A stretch of DNA of 43,080 bases from Candidatus Methylomirabilia bacterium. Its GTDB lineage: Bacteria > Methylomirabilota > Methylomirabilia > Rokubacteriales > CSP1-6. The stretch is from assembly GCA_041497895.1 (NCBI GenBank), contig JBGQHJ010000023.1:1-43080 (forward strand), given 5' to 3'. The position numbers and the translations under genes are program-made. Positions 37,101 to 43,080 of the stretch are shown here, one piece after another (the first letter of the stretch is position 1; each line of letters starts with the position of its first letter). The notes beneath the pieces are model-generated. The model ran no database searches and had not been told where the DNA came from. It saw only the letters and a program-made list of their open reading frames with translations.

Positions 37101-38050
37101 CGTGGTCTCCTTCTCGCCCTGGATCGTCTACTCGGCCAAGTCCCTTGATGAAGGGCTGCAGGTCACCTACGGTCCGCTGCATCCTCTATTCGCAGTCTAT
37201 GCATTAGTTGGGTTGGCCCTGACAGTTCAACTCTTACTGACAAAATATCGGTGCTCAGAGGGGCTTGAAAAGGTCCAGGTCCGCTATGTGATTCTCGCCT
37301 TCGTACTATCTGGCGCACTCATCACAACAACCAATGTTGTGCTACCTCTTCTGTTGAACACGTCGGCGTATGGGCGATACGGCCCCCTGTTCTCCCTCAT
37401 CTTGCTGGGCATCACCGCCCACGCCATCATCAGACATCGATTAATGGACATCCGTCTGGTGATACACCGAGGAGCAACATATCTTGCTGCACTAGTCATC
37501 ACAGCCGGAACGCTGGCTCTTGTCTTGCTGGCCTCTAACGTGCTCTTGCCAGACGAACAGGATTTCTCTGTGCGAGAGATTCTGCTGGCGGCTGTGGCCA
37601 TCCTCTTACTGAATCCCGTCAGAGCAACTGTGCAGGGGCTATTCGACCGATATCTATACCGGAATCCCTATGATTATGCGCACACCCTTCGAGAGGCTAG
37701 CCGAGCGCTCACAGCCACAATCGATCTACAGTCCCTCCTGGGACACACAGGTGCGGTAATCGAGTCCACATTCCATCCCGATGGAATTGGCATGTACCTC
37801 TTTGATTCGGAAGACGCAGAATTCGTTCTCTCGTGGAGGTTGTCCTCCGCGCCACTGCGACCCACAATTGCCAATAGTTCACCTGTGATCACGGCGCTAG
37901 CCGCTCAGACCCTCCTCTTCTCAGACGAAGTGTTGAGCGTCGACGCGTCTCACTCCACTGAGAACCTTCGCGACTTCCTTGATAGCCTTCGGGCCGACGC
38001 AGTCGTACCGCTTCGGGAAGAAGGAGACCTCGTTGGTTTCATTGCGATCG
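33170..38050. other. Low-GC block with atypical codon usage; boundaries approximate
   Basis: Hand counts of G+C per 60 nt: 33061-33120 = 40, 33361-33420 = 32, 37201-37260 = 28, 38101-38160 = 44, 38221-38280 = 47. Many A/T-ending codons inside the block. Confidence 0.8.
34214..36757 (+). CDS. Sensor histidine kinase 1: N-terminal 7TM-type membrane domain, GAF, PAS, HisKA, HATPase
   Basis: About 9 TM segments, KYDFQRTL, KRSGDPYF (GAF), LFNRAAE (PAS), VAHEIKNPL, NIFQNA, DSGPG, FFTTKPTGSGLGL. Confidence 0.93.
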   Translation: MSLQTVGVLALCATLVTLALFVLFHNRHAAENRRFALAALAIAGWIVCISFALASRQVDSVITLGRLGFAFASAIPFSLLWMFDAFSVTVGRTRKLKILLPASCCAVFVLLSLSPWIVAGAVIGPERASFVYGPAHKLFGIYFLLCFVLASFTLWLTIRSAAGVRKLQLRYLLFGILLGGAGAITTNLVIPLLWKTSRYSALGPYFSLLVVSFSAHAIIRYRLMDIRVVIRQGVVYVSAIFASISVFLVVAKIYQLMSDFDTSNIPLADALILATLVAVVFQPLKAWIQRSFNRYVYREKYDFQRTLREASRQLSSTLDLQSLLQYLCVTIEDTFKAEGVTVYLRAPREKAYVAQRLSPSLGWARTEAASAIPAQSAVVAFMQKQRRPFVHEEAIRDPEHRFAEAAAELQALRGAVAFPLSDEYSLAGMLIVGPKRSGDPYFNEDIDLLSTLVGQAAVAMKNAHLYSEVVLVNEYVDNILSTMASGVIAVDASGHVSLFNRAAERLTGMIFNRRLHPSYTELPPALAEPLRGTLIEGKAYSQLEISIQTQDGLLLPLVCSTASLHGKDGSTHGALIVFSDLTRLKELEYEKQRAERLASFGSLASGVAHEIKNPLVAIRTFAELLPERFSDVDFREDFSKVVVREIDRIDNLVARLRGIASAPQQQTGSVDVRQPISDTLKLLRGQLEQSHTAVRFTADDDSPFVTIDESQLKQLFLNIFQNALEAMGQGGDLNIRVARTQSAGVSWILIEVTDSGPGLPESVKDHIFEPFFTTKPTGSGLGLAICRSIVDAHRGSIRAENNRDQSGTTIVVELPAAEGGVEALQSVAAIKDTSLNPSTDIGLHTAE

Positions 38051-39234
38051 GCGCCAAGCGGTCGGGCGATCCGTACTTCAGCAACGACGTCGACCTGCTG
38101 ACCACGCTCGCGAACCAGGCCGCGGTGGCGGTGCGGAACGCCCAGACTCACGCTCGCGTCGTGCATATGAACGAGCAGATGAACAAGGTGCTCGAGACCA
38201 TCGAGAGTGGCGTAGTGGCGGTCGGGCCGCGCGGGCGGATCACGCTCTTCAACCGGGCCGCCGAGCACCTGACCGGGGCGGCCGCCAAGGTCGCTCTCGG
38301 GCAGCCGCCGGGAGGGCTCCCCGCGCCTCTCCCCGAGCTGCTGCGGTCCACCGCCGCGGACGGGCAGCCGCGCTCGCACATCGAGTTCTCCCTGCCCGGT
38401 CCGACCGGCCAGCTCGTTCCGCTCATCTGCTCGACCTCGCCGCTGCGGGGCCCGGGCGGCGCCATCTTGGGCGCGGTCGCGGTGCTCAACGACATCTCGA
38501 GGCTGAAGGAGCTGGAGCAGGAGAAGCGCCGGGCCGAGCGCCTGGCGTCGATCGAAGCCATCGCGGCCGGCCTGGTCCACGAAATCCGGAATCCGCTCGT
38601 GGGCATCAAGACCTACGCGCAGCTCATGCCGTCACGCGGGGCGAGCGAGGAGTTCCGGGACATGTTCTCGCGCACGGCCGGGCGGGAGATCGGCCGGATC
38701 GACGATCTGCTCACCCGCTTCCGGAACATCTCGGGCGCCTCGCGGGAGCCCATGCAGACGATGGACATCTCCACGCCGCTTCGAGACACGCTCGAGACGC
38801 TCCACGCCCAGATGGAAGACCGCAAGATCCGACTGCGTCAGGTCGGAGAGGTGGCGCACCGGATGGTGCTCGGTAACCCGTCTCAGTTGCAGCAGCTTTT
38901 CCTGAACCTGTGCTTAAATGCCATCCAGGCAATGGAACCGGGTGGGGAGTTGACCGTTCGCGTGTCCGATCTCTCGGAAGGTGGCGGAAACACGCTGATC
39001 GTGGAGGTGGCGGATACGGGCCCGGGTATCCCCGATGACCTGCTGGCCACCATCTTCGATCCCTTCGTGACCACCAAGCCGCACGGCACCGGCCTGGGCC
39101 TCGCGATCTGCCGCGGCATCGCCGACGCGCACCACGCTCGCCTCGTCGCCCGCAACAACGTGGGACGGCCCGGCTGCTCGTTCACCGTCGAGTTCCCCGT
39201 CCCGTCGGGCCGCCCGACCCGCATCGCTCCGTGA
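36754..39234 (+). CDS. Sensor histidine kinase 2, paralogue of kinase 1 with the same architecture
   Basis: ATGA overlap; FSPWIV, YGPLH, AHAIIRHRLMDIR, KRSGDPYF, LVHEIRNPL, NLCLNA, DTGPG, FVTTKPHGTGLGL. Confidence 0.93.
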   Translation: MTTITVNWLLLMATAVANLWVGVYVFTRAPKAPLNRAFAFLAVATSCWAVALAVGYHVDPRSTNVHHTTAIIRFAFAAGSLFAVSFLLFIDRFASISPSSRKLVQYALVPIGIAFCVVSFSPWIVYSAKSLDEGLQVTYGPLHPLFAVYALVGLALTVQLLLTKYRCSEGLEKVQVRYVILAFVLSGALITTTNVVLPLLLNTSAYGRYGPLFSLILLGITAHAIIRHRLMDIRLVIHRGATYLAALVITAGTLALVLLASNVLLPDEQDFSVREILLAAVAILLLNPVRATVQGLFDRYLYRNPYDYAHTLREASRALTATIDLQSLLGHTGAVIESTFHPDGIGMYLFDSEDAEFVLSWRLSSAPLRPTIANSSPVITALAAQTLLFSDEVLSVDASHSTENLRDFLDSLRADAVVPLREEGDLVGFIAIGAKRSGDPYFSNDVDLLTTLANQAAVAVRNAQTHARVVHMNEQMNKVLETIESGVVAVGPRGRITLFNRAAEHLTGAAAKVALGQPPGGLPAPLPELLRSTAADGQPRSHIEFSLPGPTGQLVPLICSTSPLRGPGGAILGAVAVLNDISRLKELEQEKRRAERLASIEAIAAGLVHEIRNPLVGIKTYAQLMPSRGASEEFRDMFSRTAGREIGRIDDLLTRFRNISGASREPMQTMDISTPLRDTLETLHAQMEDRKIRLRQVGEVAHRMVLGNPSQLQQLFLNLCLNAIQAMEPGGELTVRVSDLSEGGGNTLIVEVADTGPGIPDDLLATIFDPFVTTKPHGTGLGLAICRGIADAHHARLVARNNVGRPGCSFTVEFPVPSGRPTRIAP

Positions 39235-41276
39235 AGACCGTCCTCCTCGTCTCGGCGAGCGACTCCTTCCGCACGCGCCTGCTGCGCGGCCTCGAGCACA
39301 CCCACTCGGTGTTCACCGCCGCGTCCGACGACGAAGCGCTCCGGACTCTCCGGCTCACCGAGATGGAGCTGGTCTTCAAGGAGGTCGTCGGCCCGTCTCA
39401 CGATCTCGCCGCCTTCATCGCGAGCGTCCGGCACCTGTGCCCGACCTCGGTGGTGGTGTGCCTACTGACTCCGGGCGCCGACAGCCCCGACGGCGAGAGC
39501 GAAGCGGAGGCCGCCGACTTCGTGCTCCTCGAGCCGTTCACGACCCGGCAGCTCCACAGCCTGCTCAAGCAGGCCGACGACAAGCTGCACCTCCTCCAGG
39601 AGGTCGCCGCCCTGCGCGCCGCCCGGCTTCCGAGCGACGCGGGCGGTCCGGAGAGCCAGGCGGACACCTCCCCACCCTCCCCGCAGGCCGCCACCCAGAT
39701 GGCCAAGGAGTTCGCCAAGGCGCTCGCGGCCGGCTTCGACCTCCCGCGGGTGCTGGATCAGTTCCTCGACGGGGTCGCCGAGCTGGTGCGACCGAGCCGC
39801 GCCGCCATCCTGCTCGCGGCCCCGGAGAGCCACCTCTACCGGGTGGCCGCGTACCGGGGCCTCGCCCCGCACGTGGTGGAGTCGCTGACCCTGGCCGCGG
39901 ACAGCGGCCTTCCCCTGTGGCTCGCGACCGAGGGGCGCCTCATCCAGATCGAGCAGGCGCGGAGCCGCTCCGCGGACGCGGCGGCGCGCGAGATCGCGCG
40001 CGAGCTGGCCGCGCTGCAGTCGGTGGTGGCCATCCCCCTCAACTCGCACGGCGAGCTGGTGGGGATACTCACCCTCGGGCAGCGCATCAGCGGCGGCGGC
40101 TACGGGCGCGGCGAGACCGAGACCCTCTTCAGCCTCGGCACGCACCTCGCCACCGCGATCCGCGAGATCCGGGTGCACCATCTCCTCCAGTACGAGAAGG
40201 ACTTCAACGAGCGCATCCTGGCGCGCATGTCGAGCGGCGTGATCACCATCGATCCCGACGAGAAGGTGGTGGCGATCAACGGCCGGGCCGCCGAGATCCT
40301 GGGCCTGTCCGCGCGGGAGGTGCTGAATCGCGACCTGCGCGTCCTGCCCTCGCCCCTGGGGGACATGCTCTTCGAGGCGCTCGCCAAGGGCCGCTCGGTC
40401 ACGCGGGCCGAGGTGCAGCTCGCCTTCCGCAACCTCCCCCTGGAGGTCTCCACCTACCCGGTGATGGGCGACCGCACCGAGCCGATGGGCGCGGTGCTGA
40501 TGTTCGAGGATCTCACCGCCCAGCGCCAGCTCGCCCAGGAGAGGCGCAGCGCCGAGCAGCTCCAGCTCCTCACCCAGGTGGTGGCCCGCATCGCGGACGA
40601 GATCAAGAACCCGCTCGTCTCGATCAACGCGTTCATGGAGCTCATCGGCGAGCGCTACGACGACGCCACCTTCCGCAACCAGTTCTCGTCCGTGGTCGGC
40701 CGCGACGTGCGCCGGCTCGTCCAGATCTTCGACAAGCTCGCCGCCCTGGTGAACGACGGGGACTACAAGCGCGAGACCCTCGACCTCCGCCAGGTCGCCG
40801 AGGAGTGCCTGGCCGAGCTGGGCGCGCAGGTCCTGCCCGCGGCCGCCAACGAGGCGCGTCTGCTCACCTTCACCGACGAGTCGACCCAGAAGCACGTCAC
40901 CGCCACGCTCTCCTACGAGGGCCCGTCGCTGCTGGTCCGGGGCGACCACGCCATGTTCAAGAAGGCGATGTCGTACCTGATCTGGTACCTGCTGCGCAAG
41001 ACGCCGGGCCCGGAGGCCAAGATCTCGGCGTCGATCTCCCACCTGGCCAGCGAGGACCGCGTGCGCCTGACCGTCGCGTCGCGCAGCGCCGAGGTCCGGG
41101 CCGAGGAGCTGCAGGCGATCTTCGATCCGATCCAGGTCGTCCAGGAGAATCTCATCGACGTGGGGCCGAGCGTCAGCCAGCGTATCCTCGAGAGCCAGGG
41201 AGGCCGGCTCGAGGCCAAACAGACCCGGGGCGAGGTCAGCTTCACCGCGTCGCTGCCGGCAGCGGGGCAACCATGA
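39231..41276 (+). CDS. Pseudo-receiver/GAF/PAS/pseudo-histidine-kinase protein
   Basis: GTGA overlap; degenerate REC, GAF, PAS (INGRAAEILG), H-box IADEIKNPL (His to Asp), no N/G1/G2 boxes. Confidence 0.85.
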   Translation: MKTVLLVSASDSFRTRLLRGLEHTHSVFTAASDDEALRTLRLTEMELVFKEVVGPSHDLAAFIASVRHLCPTSVVVCLLTPGADSPDGESEAEAADFVLLEPFTTRQLHSLLKQADDKLHLLQEVAALRAARLPSDAGGPESQADTSPPSPQAATQMAKEFAKALAAGFDLPRVLDQFLDGVAELVRPSRAAILLAAPESHLYRVAAYRGLAPHVVESLTLAADSGLPLWLATEGRLIQIEQARSRSADAAAREIARELAALQSVVAIPLNSHGELVGILTLGQRISGGGYGRGETETLFSLGTHLATAIREIRVHHLLQYEKDFNERILARMSSGVITIDPDEKVVAINGRAAEILGLSAREVLNRDLRVLPSPLGDMLFEALAKGRSVTRAEVQLAFRNLPLEVSTYPVMGDRTEPMGAVLMFEDLTAQRQLAQERRSAEQLQLLTQVVARIADEIKNPLVSINAFMELIGERYDDATFRNQFSSVVGRDVRRLVQIFDKLAALVNDGDYKRETLDLRQVAEECLAELGAQVLPAAANEARLLTFTDESTQKHVTATLSYEGPSLLVRGDHAMFKKAMSYLIWYLLRKTPGPEAKISASISHLASEDRVRLTVASRSAEVRAEELQAIFDPIQVVQENLIDVGPSVSQRILESQGGRLEAKQTRGEVSFTASLPAAGQP

Positions 41277-43080
41277 GCGACCGTCCGCGGGTACTGGTGG
41301 TCGACGACGAGATGGGACCGCGCGAGTCCCTGCGCATGATCCTCAAGCCGCGTTACGAGATCGCCACCGCGGACAGCGGTGAAGCCGCGCTCAAGACGCT
41401 CGGTTCGTTCCACCCCGACCTGATCTTCATGGACATCAAGATGCCCCAGATGGACGGCATCGAGCTACTGCGCCGGATCAAGGGCACCGATCCGAGCATC
41501 GAGGTGGTGATGATCACCGCCTACGCCTCCCTCGAGACCGTGAAAAACGCGCTCACCCACGGCGCCTTCGAATACCTCATCAAACCGTTCAGCCGGCAGG
41601 ATCTCGAGGAGACCGCCAAGCGGGCCCTCGCGCGCCGGCAGGACGGGATCGGCACGCGCAACCAGCTCACGACCCTCGTCGAGGAGATGCGGGCCCTCGC
41701 CGCCAAGGCCCGCGGCCTGGAGGAGGTGGCCCGTCGCGAGGACACCCAGCAGTCCCTCCGCGTCACCCAGCTCTCGATCCTGCGGGAGATCTCGCGGAGC
41801 CTCCTCGGCCAGCTCGACTTCCGCCAGCTCACCGCCTCGATCACCGACCTGCTCAAGGACGCCCTCGGCTACGACGAGGCGACGGTGCGGCTCGGCGCGG
41901 CCGCGCCGGCGGAAGCGCCCGGTGAGACCCGGATCGTCTGCCCGATCCGCGAGGAGGGCAACATCCTGGGCTACCTCCTGGTGGCCAACCGCTCCGCCAC
42001 TCGGCCGATCGATCCGGGCGAGCGCGACCTCCTCGAGATGCTGTCCGACTACCTGGCGGTGGCGATCCGGAACTCGCGCCTCTACGGCGAGGTGGCCGAG
42101 ACCAAGCAGTACCTGGAGCAGCTGATCCTCTCGGCGGGTGACGCGATCATCTCGGTCGACGGGGAAGGGCAGGTCCGCAGCTGGAACCCGGCCGCGGAGC
42201 GCATCTTCGGCTTCACCGCCGCCCAGGCGGTCGGGCAGCCCTTCGCGAACCTGTTGCCGCAGGAGCCGTATCGATCGGCGCGCGCCAGTCTCTCCCGCGG
42301 GAATCCGGTGCGGGCCTTCGACGCCTCCGCGAAGCGGGCGGACGGGCGCCCGCTGAACCTGGCCGTCACGCTCTCCTTCCTGCCCGCGCGCAACGGCGGC
42401 ACCGAGGGCGTGCTCGCGATCGTCCGCGACATGACCACCCAGCGGGAGATCGAGGCGCAGATGCACCAGTCCGAGCGCCTCACCGCGCTCGGCCAGATGG
42501 CGGGCGGCATCGCCCACGACTTCAATAACCTGCTGCAGGCCATCCTCGGCTACGCCCAGCTCATGGCCCGCAGCCCCGGCAACACCGACGTGGTCCGCCG
42601 CGGCATCGAGGTGATCGAGAAGGCGGCCAACGGCGGGGCGGAGACGGTCCGCCGCATCCAGAAGTTCGCCCGGCTCCGGCCGGACGAGCCGTTCGTGTCC
42701 ATGGACCTCAACCAGGTGGTCCGCGACTCGCTCGCGATCACCCGGCCGCGGTGGGAGGAGAAGAAGGTCAAGGGCGGTGTGCCGCTGCAGCTCGAGCTGG
42801 ACCTGGGACCGGTGCCGGTGGTGATGGGCCGGCCCGCCGAGCTCAACGAGGTCATCACCAACCTCGTGCTCAACGCCATCGACGCGATGCCCCGGGGCGG
42901 CACCCTGCGCCTCCGCACGCGGCTGGGCGACCACCGGCACGCGGTCATCACGGTGGCCGACACCGGCATGGGCATGACCGAGGAGGTCCGCAAGCGCGTC
43001 TTCGATCCCTTCTTCACCACGAAGGGCGAGGAGGGCACCGGCCTCGGCCTCTCGGTCTCCCACTCGATCGTGGAGCGCCA
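41273..43080 (+). CDS. Hybrid REC-GAF-PAS histidine kinase, partial (runs off the window); absent from the ORF track
   Basis: ATG 41273: MSDRPRVLVVDDEMGPRESLRMIL...DLIFMDIKMPQMDG...ITAYAS...IKPF; WNPAAERIFG (PAS); GIAHDFNNLL; NLVLNAIDAMP; DTGMGM; FFTTKGEEGTGLGL. Confidence 0.93.
   Translation, partial: MSDRPRVLVVDDEMGPRESLRMILKPRYEIATADSGEAALKTLGSFHPDLIFMDIKMPQMDGIELLRRIKGTDPSIEVVMITAYASLETVKNALTHGAFEYLIKPFSRQDLEETAKRALARRQDGIGTRNQLTTLVEEMRALAAKARGLEEVARREDTQQSLRVTQLSILREISRSLLGQLDFRQLTASITDLLKDALGYDEATVRLGAAAPAEAPGETRIVCPIREEGNILGYLLVANRSATRPIDPGERDLLEMLSDYLAVAIRNSRLYGEVAETKQYLEQLILSAGDAIISVDGEGQVRSWNPAAERIFGFTAAQAVGQPFANLLPQEPYRSARASLSRGNPVRAFDASAKRADGRPLNLAVTLSFLPARNGGTEGVLAIVRDMTTQREIEAQMHQSERLTALGQMAGGIAHDFNNLLQAILGYAQLMARSPGNTDVVRRGIEVIEKAANGGAETVRRIQKFARLRPDEPFVSMDLNQVVRDSLAITRPRWEEKKVKGGVPLQLELDLGPVPVVMGRPAELNEVITNLVLNAIDAMPRGGTLRLRTRLGDHRHAVITVADTGMGMTEEVRKRVFDPFFTTKGEEGTGLGLSVSHSIVER

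Noticed and set aside
32833..38100. Integrative mobile element or prophage explaining the low-GC block
   Set aside because: No integrase, transposase, tRNA or flanking direct repeats seen, and the boundaries fall inside intact ORFs.

Overview
High-GC bacterial chromosome segment, densely coding. Gene content and style suggest Candidatus Rokubacteria/Methylomirabilota (inference only). I saw no rRNA, tRNA, CRISPR array, transposase or integrase. Positions 1-32.8 kb hold metabolic, transport and regulatory genes: M1 aminopeptidase, hotdog thioesterases, SDR + NHL protein, PhnZ-like HD protein, CDGSH protein, sigma54 two-component pair with crotonase and MFS, BT1 transporter, amidase, peptide-type ABC components, MmgE/PrpD + hydantoinase + D-carbamoylase, HugZ-like protein, ferredoxin-cyclase, PcaD, UvrD-nuclease fusion, and lipid and sugar kinases. 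Main observations: (1) From 32.9 kb, an operon joins a stand-alone, active-site-altered ketosynthase (Cys-His-Gln) to two paralogous 7TM-GAF-PAS histidine kinases, a fully degenerate pseudo-kinase and a hybrid kinase. A low-GC block runs from inside the synthase to the end of the second kinase's sensor half. This is a candidate lipid-signal (quorum-sensing-like) system with a swappable specificity cassette. (2) A selenoprotein missed by the ORF track (WASW-UGA-GC plus a SECIS-like hairpin) at the left edge. (3) An unannotated 58-aa probable amidase partner. (4) Many genes with a -10 box 6-10 nt before the start codon, suggesting leaderless mRNAs. (5) A class III cyclase with two substituted catalytic/specificity residues.
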